Shown: positions 49,375-63,342 of the stretch, one piece after another
Layout: the number at the start of each line of letters is the position of its first letter
Position numbering within the stretch: position 1 is the first letter of the stretch
Assembly (NCBI GenBank): GCA_964016885.1
Contig: OZ024743.1
Location: 23,002,001-23,066,000, forward strand
Length of the DNA: 64,000 bases
Source of the DNA: Eledone cirrhosa
Taxonomy: Eukaryota
Direction of reading: 5' to 3'
Made by a program: the position numbers and the translations under genes
Notes under the pieces: model-generated
The model's input: only the letters and a program-made list of their open reading frames with translations
Database searches by the model: none
What the model was told of the DNA's origin: nothing

Positions 49375-49745
49375 TTGCCAAACTCATACCGGGAATTGTC
49401 CGTCCACTTCCTCTTCGCATCAGTCGCCGTCGAGACCTCAGGCGTACTTGGACCCCGTACTGACGAGCTTCTCCGCAAGATCGGAATATCAGCAGCCCGT
49501 CTGAGGAAGGAGCCCCGCAATGTGGGGTGGCTGTTGCAGTGGGTGTCGCTGGGCATTGTCTGCGGGAATGCTTTTGCGATCTTGTCCACGTAGCATAGCA
49601 CCAACAACGCCGCTCCCTAGGCCTAGAGCCCATCGCCGCGGCCTTCCTTCTCCCATTCTTCTGTGACCTTAGAGCTCATGCTTTTCCCTTCTTTTTCCGT
49701 TTTTATATCCACTAAAGATTCCTGCGTTTTTTACAATAAAACATT
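49375..49745 (+). pseudogene. CRE-like non-LTR retrotransposon 3' end
   Basis: YRELS..FASVAVETSGVLGP..WLLQWVSLGIVCGNAFAILST*, then AATAAA at ~49735. Confidence 0.7.
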
Positions 49746-49994
49746 TAAACGCTGACGATATAAAATTTAAATCAGCAATGTAATAAGTTGAAAAAAGTAT
49801 GAACTTCGATATTATTCAGTCTTATTATACTTTCAGAAATCGGCTATTTTTATGTAGAGAATTGTTTTTTGCTTAGCTAGCCCATCTTTTCTTTCTCTCT
49901 GATTCCCACTCTCTATCTGTCACTCTCTCTCTCTCTCTTTTAGTCTTTGTCTCTCACATTATAGAGAGAGGGGGATTGATAGATAGATAGATAT

Positions 49995-50498
49995 ATTTCT
50001 TTATTAGCCACAGGGGCACAAAAGAAGGGGACAAATACAAAGGGGGAAGTTTACATACAATAAAAACGTGTAAAATGTTATCACAGATGGAATTTAAAAG
50101 TTAGTCGATTTTCCCCAATAGAGGGAGACAGTTTATATGGGTAACACAGACCCCCGAAAAAAATGTGAAACCCTCATCTCCAGGAGTACGAAGAGCTTGT
50201 ACTCCTTTCCTCTCCTCCTCCTTTTCCTCAACCTACAGGCTGATATAGAGAGAAGGCCCATTCACTCGGGCCATTCTCGCCACTTTCACCCACCTTTCAT
50301 AAAACTTGCTGGGGTACAGCACCTCTCTCTCCATCCTGATTCTTCTTCCAAAGTGGTATTTGAAAAAAAGAATCAGTTGTTGGCCGGAGAGAAAGGTGTC
50401 TGACCTCAGCCCTTTCAACCTTGTCCACCATACAACCTCTTTCGCCATAGCTATCACACAAAGGAAAACCGCCTCTCCTTCGTTTTTGAAGGAGGGTG

Positions 50499-50539
<41 letters not shown>

Positions 50540-51044
50540 TATTTCTTTATTAGCCACAGGGGCACAAAAGAAGGGGACAAATACAAAGGGGGAAGTTTAC
50601 ATACAATAAAAACGTGTAAAATGTTATCACAGATGGAATTTAAAAGTTAGTCGATTTTCCCCAATAGAGGGAGACAGTTTATATGGGTAACACAGACCCC
50701 CGAAAAAAATGTGCAACCCTCATCTCCAGGAGTACGAAGAGCTTGTACTCCTTTCCTCTCCTCCTCCTTTTCCTCAACCTACAGGCTGATATAGAGAGAA
50801 GGCCCATTCACTCGGGCCATTCTCGCCACTTTCACCCACCTTTCATAAAACTTGCTGGGGTACAGCACCTCTCTCTCCATCCTGATTCTTCTTCCAAAGT
50901 GGTATTTGAAAAAAAGAATCAGTTGTTGGCCGGAGAGAAAGGTGTCTGACCTCAGCCCTTTCAACCTTGTCCACCATACAACCTCTTTCGCCATAGCTAT
51001 CACACAAAGGAAAACCGCCTCTCCTTCGTTTTTGAAGGAGGGTG

Positions 51045-51046
<2 letters not shown>
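49995..51046 (-). mobile_element. Two tandem near-identical Tx1-like 3' fragments (546-bp period)
   Basis: ORFs at 50137/50683 and 50306/50852 are duplicated; units separated by (GATA)n. Confidence 0.88.
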
Positions 51047-51100
<54 letters not shown>

Positions 51101-51101
<1 letters not shown>

Positions 51102-54100
51102 TCTTTATTTGCCACAAGGGCGCTCAAGAAAAGGGGACAATACAAAGACACATGCCGGGGATTTTGCATACAGTCGTGTAAAAATATTGAAACAAACAAT
51201 TATAACAATCGAAATCCCCAATAGGGGGGAGGCGACACAAATGGGTTGTTTAATACCTCGTCGATAAAACAACCCTCAACTTCAGGAGCGTGTTGTGCAA
51301 GTTCTCCTTTCTTCATGTTGCTCTCTTCTTTAACCTACAGGCTTATAAACAGAGAAGGCCCAATCACTCGGGCCATTTTCGCTTCATTCACCCACTTTTC
51401 AGTAAATTTACTGGGGTGCAGGGCCTCTCTCTCCACCCTGATTCTCCTTCTAAAGTGATACTTAAAGAAGGGAATCAATTGTTGTCCGGAGAGAAAGGCA
51501 TCTGTCCTCAGTCCTCTCAATCTCGTCCACCATATAACCTCTTTCACCATAGCCACTGTACAGAGGAAAACCGCCTCTCTTTCGTTTTTGAAAGAGGCTG
51601 GCAGTTTTATCCTTACTATGGACTCGGCAGTCAACTGGATTTGTCCCATACGCGACAGCAGGTGTTCTGCATAGTTTAACAGGTCGCTTACGCCCGGGCA
51701 GTGTACAATTGCGTGCAAGATGGTTTCAATGTCCTGCTCGCATCTTGGACACGTCCTCTTGGAAGGATCCTTGCCGGAGCGTTCGTGCCTGCAGATCTTA
51801 TCTCGAACGGGTAGAGCTCCTCGGTAGCACTGCCAGGCCAGGGTCTCTGGAAGTTGTCCATAGGTCCCGGGCGGAAAGTCCTACCGAACAGACTTGTGAG
51901 CTCATCGTCTTCGACGCCTAGAGTCTCCCCGAGCACGTCGTCGCACTTGTAAAGTACTAACCCTCTATAGAATGTCGAAGTGGAGTCTCCACTGATTGCT
52001 GTGCCCGCTTGACAGAGGACTGTGAGCGCCTGGGCGCATTCAGTGTGCCAGGCGCCCATCTTCTTCGGTCTTCGCTTCACCCAGGACTGCAGCTCCGTCA
52101 GCGAGACAAGTTGTGGTAAGGCCTGTCTCACAAACGGTGCCCACACCGGTTGCTCGGTGAGAAATACCTGGAGATGCCGTAGCCGCAGCGCATGTCTCCG
52201 CATCATTAGCCACGGCATGCCCAGCTCTCCGTTGAAAGGGTGTTGACAGCAGACGGATCTCCTCACCAGTGCCTGCTTCTTCCACGGGAACTGGAAGAGT
52301 ATGCGTTCCATCTTGATGAGGTATTCACGGGGAGAAGGCACGACAGTCAAGCGGTAGTAGATGACGGACGCTATGAAAGTGTTCGTCTCCTCCGCTTGAC
52401 CTTTCAAAGACAGTTTGCACTCTGCCCACTTCTGGGTGAGCGCAAATACCTTGGCCATGCCCTCGTTCCAGTTTTTCTCCACCTGGAGATCTGGACCGAA
52501 CCAGACCCCGAGCTATTTCACCGTTCCTTCCGTCCAGCGTCCGACGACGCTGTCGGACGGCATCGGTTTGCCTCTCCACGTTCCGAGTTGCAAACCGACA
52601 AACTTTCCGGGTTCAGTTTTGCTCCTGTGAACCTTTCGTATTCCTGTAGTAGGTTGCCGATTACCTTGATTTCCGAGGTTTTCGAAACCATTACCGTCAC
52701 GCCGTCGGCATAAGCCGACGCCGCTTTTCGCAGGGATGCTCTGCAAAAGGTCCAACTTCCGCAGTAGTGGCTCTAGAGTCAATACGTACAGAATGGAGGA
52801 GAGAGGGCATCCCTGTCGAATGGAACGCGTGATTGCGAATGGAACGGCTCCAATAGGTAGCCGTTCACCTTGACCCTCGAGCAGATGCTGGTGTGCTTCG
52901 TCTTGATCCAGCCTCTGAAAACGGGACCGAAACCGGCCGCCTTGAGAACCGCTTCCAAGTTCTGCTCAAACAGTCGCGCAAAGTGCCGCTGAAAGGCCGC
53001 GCACATCTGCCTGGGGTCAAGTAGCACGCGTCCGTTTTGGTCTTTGAAAGACCGAATCGTGGACTTGTTGCCACTTTTCGCTTCCGCCCCTCGGGCCCAG
53101 CTAACAGTTTTTGCTCCCTCGTTTCCTAGAGCACGTGATTTACACAGCCTTCGGGTTTCGCGTCGAAGAACTGGTCCAGTGTCGTTCTTGATGCTAGCAC
53201 TCTAGCTGCGTTGCCACTCCTAAGCGCCTCTTCTACCTTGGCTACTAGTTCTGTTTCTGATTTGTTTTTCTCTAAAGCTAATAAAGCTAATTCTCTGCTA
53301 AACCCTATCGATTCTACTCTAATTGCTCTCTTGAGAGAGTACCACCATCTATTGTTGACGATGGCTCCCGTCAACTCTTGCTTAACTAATCTACTTATCC
53401 GTTCACTATAGGCTTTTCGTGCCGGCAACGACACATTAAGCTTCCGGGTCCTTGTCTATGTATTCTATCACGGTTGACTATGCAGACGACTAGTTTGTGA
53501 TCTGAATAGGCAACCATGTGCATTTGTGGACAGCTTAACATCTTTTTGTCTTTTTCTCTAATGAAAAACCTATCTACATACGATCTAGATGTCCCACTGC
53601 GGTTTGCCCACGTCCACTGTTGTGCAGTCGGGAAATCTAGTTGATATCTATCGGTCAGTTGGAATTGGCCGATTAGATTTTTGAAGCTGTTGCACCCCGC
53701 TCTACTGGGACATGCTCCCACATAGTCCCATCGTGCATCTAGGATACCATTCCAGTCCCCCACTAAAAGCAAGGAGCGATACGTTCCCAGAAAAGACTCT
53801 AGACGCTTAAAGAAGTCTGGCCGTGATTGCGATTGCCCGGTCGGGGCATAAACGGCCACCAGTCTAAAGGCTCCACCTCCAATACTGTTCACGTCTAGGA
53901 CTACCAGTCTACCCTCCGGGTCCAAGTGTACTTGTTGTACTTCGAGATCCAGGTTTTACCGAAACATGACAGTCATTCCTCCTCCACCTCCCGGCTGACA
54001 GAGAGATGCGTAGATCTCAAAGTCATTGAAGATGAGGGTTAGCTGCTGCCTGTTGTGGATCCTGGACTCGGTGATGGCTATTACTATACCGTGTGACCTA

Positions 54101-54203
54101 AGGTCGTTTAAAAGTTGGCCCTGTTTCCAGGGCATCCCTAGGCCACGCTTCCAGCTCGTAAGTCAGCCATGCTGGTGGAGAAGAGTTGGCGAAAAGGACG
54201 AAA
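51101..54203 (-). mobile_element. Second decayed Tx1/L1-type LINE with internal RT deletion
   Basis: EN motifs at 53395-53925; the jump FARLFEQ|NLEAVLKAAGFG removes the RT N-half present in the first copy; (GATA)n flanks. Confidence 0.9.
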
Positions 54204-54311
54204 AGATAGATAGAGAGAGAGAGAGAGAGGTTTATATATAAATATCCATATTGCCCATATATATATCAAATATATATATATATACATATATATATCCTTA
54301 TGTCCAAATGT

Positions 54312-54992
<681 letters not shown>

Positions 54993-55182
54993 ATGTGTGT
55001 ATATGTGTGTTCGTTTATTAACTATCATGCATTATGCCTTAGTTTTATTATATATTACGTCTATTACCAATATTGTTATTATTATTAGGTTTTTCGCTCC
55101 CCGTTCTAATCCTTCATTCTTTCACCTAGATTTTCAAAGATTAGCTTGTGAGCTACTGAAGATCTGTATGGGAAACAAATGA

Positions 55183-55818
55183 TGGTTCAATGCAGGAGGA
55201 TGCAGAACAATAATATGAAAGACGTAAAATAAGAAAATTTAAAAAAAAAATTTTTTAATTTTCTTATTTTACGTCTTTCATATTATTGTTCTGCATCCTC
55301 CTGCATTGAACCACCTAGGTACTATGACATAACTTATGTATTTGCTAGCATTAGTGTACATCTGTACGCATATGTTAGTAGATATACTAAATTCTCTATA
55401 TTTATCTCCAAATTATTTATTTGTTGAGCAAACCTGCCAAAACCACTACTAATTCACTGGTGTGGTAGTAGGCTTCTGTCATCTTACCATCCCACTCCTT
55501 CCGACTAGCCTCAGTGTCACGTGATTGATTCTTTAGAATCTGCCATTTGACCAGAGACGGCGAGCTTTTCAGTGCATGGAATCCAGTCCCCGCTAGCTGT
55601 TCCTTCTACCGAATTATTATTATTTTTATATGAGTCCCCAGTGTCCGCGCATTGCCTGGATACTTAGCTGAGAATAGACTCCCTGATGACGTAATGAATT
55701 CTCGACGGTTATATTACGTAACTGTCTTTATCCCATTACAGAAACTAATTAGTTGGAGTGAAAATTTTAGTAAGTTAATTTTTAAAAAAAAAATGTTTAA
55801 ATCTTCTTATTTTACGTC

Positions 55819-55825
<7 letters not shown>
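55183..55825 (+). mobile_element. pLTR-like element with 5' hairpin and hammerhead (55678-55759)
   Basis: ACTCC-CTGATGA-CGTAATG..CATTACA-GAAACTAATTAGTT-GGAGT; hairpin 55183-55313; TTCTTATTTTACGTCTTTCATAT repeated at 55261 and 55804. Confidence 0.75.
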
Positions 55826-55881
<56 letters not shown>

Positions 55882-55882
<1 letters not shown>

Positions 55883-56230
55883 TAAGATAACAGATTAAAG
55901 TTTAAGCAAAGAATCGCTGCTTTCACCCTTAACGGGATCTTCTGAAACTAAAAAAATCAATCTGTGAACGCAGAAGTAAATATTTCAACAAACGTTGCAA
56001 CCGAAGGAAGACAAGAAGACGATTGCAACGTTTTTGAAATATTTACTTCTGCGTTCACAGATTGATTTTTTTTAGTTTCAGAAGATCCCGTTAAGGGTGA
56101 AAGCAGTGATTCTTTGCTTAAACTTGAATCTGTTATTTTAATAAATATTTGCTGTACGGTTCTTATATATTTGATATATATTTATCCTTATCGAGCCCTC
56201 TTTGGATTTTAGTCTTCAAATTTATTATTA
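55882..56230. mobile_element. Fold-back element with CAGAAGA-core hammerhead-like motifs (family also at 56970-57040, 61410-61707)
   Basis: AGTTT-CAGAAGA-TCCC-GTTAA-GGGT-GAAAGCA..TGCTT-AAACT at 56074-56124 (+), 55899-55949 (-), 61636-61686 (+). Confidence 0.65.
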
Positions 56231-56316
56231 TTACTATATATATATATATATACATGCCCGTTGACCGCATAAGGTCTATTTTTTGGGTATGTCGCAATTT
56301 TATACATCAACTATTG

Positions 56317-56376
56317 TATTTTGTCTGAAGAGGGCATACTATAAAGTAGTATCCTTGAAATATATATAATGAAATA
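56317..56376 (+). ncRNA. Type I hammerhead ribozyme motif
   Basis: TATTTTGT-CTGAAGA-GGGCATACTA..TAGTATCCTT-GAAA-TATATATA-ATGAAATA. Confidence 0.8.
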
Positions 56377-56446
56377 AATTATGATGTTATAGTGATATAT
56401 TTTCCATTTATTACTATTATTATTATTATTATATATAGTGTCCCTG

Positions 56447-56520
<74 letters not shown>

Positions 56521-56651
56521 GTGAGGTATTTTTTACAAATTGAAAAATAACCGAGGTGTCCTACACGAGTGAAAGTATAAAGAAAAAAAGATGAAATCGA
56601 AAATGCAACTGGAGTCTTATTTTTAAAAAAATATATATATTTATTTGGTTC

Positions 56652-56687
56652 CTTTACCGGTTTCGCAGTTCTTCTGCTTTTCAAAAG
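56652..56687 (-). ncRNA. Minimal hammerhead motif, U3-A8 variant
   Basis: CTT-TTGAAAA-GCAG-AAGAA-CTGC-GAAACCGGTA-AAG. Confidence 0.65.
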
Positions 56688-56848
56688 TAGAGTTGAGATG
56701 GAGGGTCTGTGATTTTTCTCACATCTCTCTCTCTATATATATATATAGGAAAATGTATGACCCCGACGGCAGTGCTCAAACTACTACCCTAAGTATTGAG
56801 TACTCTGGTGCGTTACGGTCCATCTGGTTCCTTACCACAACTCCTTCG

Positions 56849-56924
<76 letters not shown>

Positions 56925-57033
56925 CAGGGACAATAACATACATCTATCTAGATCTATATTATTTATCTTTACAGAAGATCCCGTTAAGGGTCGAAGCAGC
57001 GATTCTTTTCTTAAACTTTAATCTGTTATTTTA

Positions 57034-57071
<38 letters not shown>

Positions 57072-57440
57072 CAGAGGCTAGTAACATACAGCTAGACAGA
57101 TGGAGTCAGTGGGAGAGGAAGAGATAGATGGACTGAAATGAAACGAGATAGAGAGGCAAAGTGAAAGAAAAAAGATATAGCTAAAAAGAAAATGGCGAAG
57201 ATATAGTTGTAGGGTGTATGTGAATAGGTATGTGTGTGTGTGTAGTTGTGTATGAGTGTATGATATAATATTATATTATATCACAATGATATAATATAAT
57301 ATAATATAATGTAATATAATATAATATAATATAATATAATATAATATAATATAATATAATATAATGTAATATAATATATACCCAGCAATGGTTATGTGGT
57401 TTTCTGAGTTCAGTTCCGTTGTGTCACTATGATCTTATAA

Positions 57441-58183
57441 ACGTCTCATTCTCGTGCCGCTAAAAATAAGTAACTTTCACTTAATTGTTGCGAAACAAAT
57501 TTAAAATTTGTCCGAGTATCACGGGCATTGCCAATATAGGTTTGTTATTTTAAATCGAGACAAGCAAACCATATTATGTTAAATTAGTATTTTTCAACTT
57601 AGCTAACTTGGTCATTTGCAATTCGAACACTTCTATAATTGTATAGGTGTTCATCCCTCATATATTCATTTGTATTACACGGCTCGGAAATATTCCTTTC
57701 TTTGAGCTATTTAATTGTAAAAGACTATTTCGAGTTTATAACTCAATATTTGATATTCACGGCTCCATACGTTGAGCTAATTTTAGTCCCATAAAACCGA
57801 CTGCTATTTTTAGCGGCACGCGTATGAGACGAGTTAGGCGCTGGGACACATTTGCGTTCAACAACACATATTTCTCAGTGTTCTTAAGTATTTTGAAGTG
57901 GAAGGTACCAATTTCTGGATACCCGCAGAAGAGCACAGGAATAGTAACTTTCACTTAATTGTTGCAAAACAAATTTAAAATTTGTCCGGGTATCACGGCC
58001 ATTGCCAAATATAGGTTTGTTATTTTTATTGATTTATTATTTTAAATCGAGACAGGCAAACCATATTAAATTACCATATTAAATAACCATGTTAAATTAG
58101 TATTTGTCAACCTAGCTAGCTTGGTCATTAGCAATTTGAACACTTCTATAATTGTATAGGTGTTCATCCCTCATATATTCATT

Positions 58184-58186
<3 letters not shown>
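57441..58186 (+). mobile_element. Partial tandem (~475-bp period) pLTR-like element with CAGAAGA-core hammerhead-like motif
   Basis: GATACCCG-CAGAAGA-GCA..TGC-(G/A)AAACAAATTT-A-AAATTTGTC-CGGGTATC at 57918-57994; 57469-57675 duplicated at 57943-58186; 57441-57468 inverts 57805-57832. Confidence 0.7.
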
Positions 58187-58248
<62 letters not shown>

Positions 58249-58290
58249 AGAAGAAATTGAAAATGCAACTTGTGTCTTTTAAAAATATTT

Positions 58291-58337
58291 ATTTACTTTA
58301 CCGCGGTTTCACAGTTCTTATGATTTTCAAAAGTAAA
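58291..58337 (-). ncRNA. Minimal hammerhead motif, U3-A8 variant
   Basis: TTTACTT-TTGAAAA-TCATAAGAACTGT-GAAACCGCGGTA-AAGTAAA; neighbouring sequence resembles the Penelope terminal repeat (TTTGATTGGTCG..GGTCATGTGA). Confidence 0.65.
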
Positions 58338-58890
58338 ATTGACATGGAGAGCTTGTGTTTCTGTTGGAGTTTGTCTTGCATGTACTTGAAGTTTGAATAA
58401 AGTGGCTCAGATTGCTATTTCTTTAAAATGAAATTTGATTGGTCGATGACGGTCATGTGATTAGGTACAGTAAATTTCACGCCAGAAAAAGTGGCTCAAA
58501 ATTGTATTTGCCATTTTATTTGTTGTTGACTGTCACCAAGAAATAAAATGGCAAGTACAGTTTTTACATGTAGAAGCTTCCTTAACACCCAAATGATTTA
58601 GAGGTCCACATTAAGTAGGAGCAATGACATTAAGTAAGACATGGACGACACCACATCATTTTGTTTTGAAAATTTAGAAAGTAGGTTTATAAGTGTGAAT
58701 TTTCAGTAGATTTTTGTAGTTATCACTGTGGCCTTTTCTATTCCTTTTCTATTTCTTTTCGTTTTCTTCCTTTCTTCTCTCCCCTTTTTGACTATCTTTT
58801 CTTTTCTTTTTTCTCGCCCCCCCCCCCCCCCCCTCTTTATTTTTATTTTTATTTTTATATATATATTTATCTTTCTATATCTCCCCTCTT

Positions 58891-58926
<36 letters not shown>

Positions 58927-59505
58927 CCTCCCACTATAAACAATTTAATAAACAATTTAATTCTCTTTAACTCACTACACTCTAAATAGACGACATGAAG
59001 TCTACGTATCAAAATTGATCAAGGAATCCTTCCACCTCTACCCCTCTCTCCATCTCAGTTTGTCACTCTACTTCCTAACTCTTCTCCCCTTCCTCTCTCT
59101 CTCTATACTATTACGTTTGACCCTCACCTTCTAATTCCTCTTCCTCTCTCTCTATACTAGTAAATACAATTCCAAAAAAATATTTTTCTCTATATATTAA
59201 GAACTTTTTTAAGAGTAACTTACTCACTATTTTGAAAATTTGGACGTGAACAACAATTATCATTGAGTGGCTGCTATTTGCAGTATAGCAATATAAGGTT
59301 GCACTTACCAATGAAACGGTCGTAAATACCTGGATAAAATCCTTTTCTTAATGCTTACCTGTTTTTCTCTTTTATACTTTATACTCCAAGATTGAACGGA
59401 ATTCTTACAAACATGTGGAGTTACTCCTAACCGTACTTTGAAACCGTCCATGAAACTGGCTTTCTTAACCACGAACTGGATCACAATAAGCAATTTTCTG
59501 CTTCC

Positions 59506-59559
<54 letters not shown>

Positions 59560-59562
<3 letters not shown>

Positions 59563-60250
59563 GCCAATCATCGTAAGTTTGAATCTGACATGCAAAAACA
59601 TATATATTTGAATAAAGTAAGCCCAAATAATAGCAGATTCAAATATCACAGAGAGAAAGAGAGAGAGGGAGAGGGGGGGGGAGAAATGAGATGCAGCAGA
59701 AATGAAACATGGATTACAGGTTAAAATATAGCCTAGATAGATATGAAACAAAACGAGGATGTAGTTTATGGAACACCCAAATGATTTAGAAGTCGACCTT
59801 AAGTAGGAGCAATAATATTAAGAAAGACATGAACGACACCACAACACTTTGTCTTGACAATTTTGAAAATGGGTTTATAAGTATGAATTTTCATGCGATT
59901 TTCGTAGTGCCCCTGTAGCCTATCGGTATGTACTAGAGACGGTGGAGATACTGGCCTTGGGTTCAATCCTGGTCAAGAGGTACATGTAAACTTTTTCAGT
60001 TTTTATTTTACAACCAATAGAAAAAACTGAAAAGGTTTACCGGGAACCCTACTCCCAACCAGTATCGAACTTCAGACCAGGATCACCACCGTCTATGATT
60101 CCTCCAGTTAGGCCACCGAGACAACTACAAGAGCATCATGAAAATTGATAATTATAAACCTACTTTCAAAATCAAAGTTAAAAAGATGTGGTGTCGTTCA
60201 TGGCTTTCCTAGAGCTATTAGTAAAATTTAGGGTCGACTTCTGGTCATTA
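59560..60250 (+). mobile_element. Second copy of the repeat at 6010-6775
   Basis: Reverse-complement similarity along its length, including the GGTTCAATCC box. Confidence 0.7.
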
Positions 60251-60277
60251 ATCTGGTTCCTTACCACACTTCCTTCG

Positions 60278-60317
<40 letters not shown>

Positions 60318-60769
60318 AGTGAGTGTGAAATTGCACTTTTTCGTGTCCACTTATTTATTTTTCGAAAATGTTATTTATTCATTATAAAAATTAAATGATA
60401 GCATTCTATATGTAGGTGGGCCCCCTTCATCTACTGGCAACCAATATTTTTAGACCCAGTCCGCCACTATATATATATATAGGAAGTCCTGACTCTTTTC
60501 CTATTACCCACTCTACTACCCTAAGTATCGAGTACTCTGGTGCGTTATGGTCCACCTGGTTCCTTACCACACTTCCTTCATTATATTTTTTTCAGCCTCA
60601 CTTTCATATTTCCTAAATTTTGTTTTCAAATCCATATTTAATCAAAACACCATGTTATTTATTCATTCTGACAACTGAAGACAGACATAACATCTGCTTT
60701 CAAGAAACCACTGGTAAATGAAATAATTATCTTATGTTGTTTATTACATAACTATATATATATTTATAT

Positions 60770-61137
60770 AAAATAAAATAAGTAAGTCAAACATGTAAAA
60801 TTTGGCTTCGTTTATTATAAATTCTCTGCTATATATATTTCGGTGACAGCTATTATTGACTGTGACCTCTTCAGGCAGTCCGAATTAGTGTGGAAAAGAC
60901 AGGTACACATTTTGTTGAAGTGTGTTCCACTCTGTCAATACATCGATATGCCCAGCTCCTGAGTGTGTTGTTAGTCCTCCGAGGAACTGGAATCAACAAC
61001 ATGTGTACCTGTCTTTTACACACTAATTCGGACTGCCTGAAGAGGTCACAGTCAATAATAGCTGTCACCGAAATATATATAGCAGAGAATTTAAAATAAA
61101 CGAAGCCAAATTTTACATGTTTGACTTCCTTATTTTA
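60770..61137. mobile_element. Fold-back element with two opposed hammerheads (60824-60880 -, 61031-61087 +)
   Basis: CTGC-CTGAAGA-GGTCACAG..CTGTCACC-GAAA-TATATATA-GCAG; arms 60773-60910 / 61001-61137. Confidence 0.85.
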
Positions 61138-61344
61138 CATTACTCCGGAGTAAACAAACCAACCTGCGTACTTCGTCGAGTGCTCCAATCTGCATACTGA
61201 GGTGTCGGGGTTAACCACAGTAAGTAAGATACTCAATACATTAGCAGAGTTTAAACATGAACCTTAATATAGAAATGGCTTCTACAGGACTAGCACTGTT
61301 TCATTCGAAAGAAATCATCAGGAAAGCACTTTCTGTATTAAATG

Positions 61345-61410
<66 letters not shown>

Positions 61411-61706
61411 ATAATAATAAAGTTGAAGACTAGGGCTCGATAAGGATAAATATATATCAAATATATAAGAACCGTGTAATTGTTTTCACCGCTCCAAATT
61501 ATGACGTATTACCTTTGTCTTTATCCGTTCTTTGCCAGGGAACGTTTCCACGAACCAAAGTATCGTCTTCCTGTCTTCCTTCGGTTGCAACGTTTTTTGA
61601 AATATTTACTTCTGCGTTCACAGATTGGTTTTTTTAGTTTCAGAAGATCCCGTTAAGGGTGAAAGCAGCGATTCTTTGCTTAAACTTTAATCTGTTATTT
61701 TAATAA

Positions 61707-61767
<61 letters not shown>

Positions 61768-62198
61768 TATTAATAAAAGGAATTCCAACTTTGTCTGATT
61801 TACGATTTACTCGTTTTATTTACAATCCTTTAAAATTATAATGATATTATAATGAAGTAGTATGGTAGAATATTAAATGTTAAATGTCAATTGAACAAGT
61901 ACTTTCATGCTTTCGCAATCTTCAGGTTCATATTCAGTGGTGACAGTCAAGTTTGCAATACGTATATATATACTTATATATATACGTATATATATATATA
62001 TAGCCTGTATATTCTTTTCTTGCCTGTGTATTCTCTTCATTCTCGCATGCTCCGAAGATCTGACTGGTTATAATTTTGTATTGGCGATCGAGTAACGTGA
62101 GAATAAGCGAATAGCGATCTCTAGACCTACCAGTTCAGAGAAACAATTGTCAGCTATGAGATTAAAAACCTTTTTTGTATAGCAAACCTTCTTTCCTG

Positions 62199-62272
<74 letters not shown>

Positions 62273-62765
62273 CATACACATACACACGCGCACGCACACA
62301 CACATGTGTGCATCGATGAGTATGTGTGTGCTCCCATGTTGTGTAAAGCAGTGCAAATTTATAGATAGTTACAAACCCCTTATCTAAAAGAGTAACTTAG
62401 CGATTCGATGCATAGTGATCGATAATTCAAGTAAGAGATTGCAATTAATGGTGCAGTCGATATGATAAGTTAGAAGCCTTGATATCCAAACCTCAACATG
62501 CTCGCAGTTATAGCATAAAAGAATAAAGAAATATATTTATAGATGTGTATTAATATATATATACATTCACTTTTAAACGTTTATGTATATGCAAATGTTC
62601 GTATAGACACAAACACGTGTATAATTCCCTCTATTTCGCACTCTTCTTTCTACACACACAGAAGCACCATATTTCCATCTTTCTTCGCTACATGCTCATT
62701 AAATGATGTTCGCCAGAGTCAACCTTAACATATGGCAGTTATGTGTGCACTGCTTTATTCGCGTG

Positions 62766-62846
<81 letters not shown>

Positions 62847-63252
62847 TAAAACATGTCTATAGAATCACCAGATGTTCACTATGTTCACTTTTCTCCTAGT
62901 TTATTTTACACCTAATTATGTTTAGTTGACTGTATATCTGGTCGATTTATACACGCTGTCGAAATACTCGATAAATACTCCGTCGCAACCACCGCGAAGG
63001 GCTGCTTTCGGTTATTTGTCGGAGATTTCTTCATAGGAGCCTTTGTTCTTATAGCTTGGTCTAATTGATTCTTTATATGGTTAATTATGCTAATTGGGAG
63101 AGGAAACGGTATATATTTTATCTGGTGATTCTATAGACATGTTTTATGATATATGGCTCTAATTGTTTAATTTATTAACTCTTCATTGAGCCACAAATTG
63201 ACCCGTTGCAAAACACACATATATATAAATATAAATATATATATATGTAAAC

Positions 63253-63339
<87 letters not shown>

Positions 63340-63342
63340 TAT

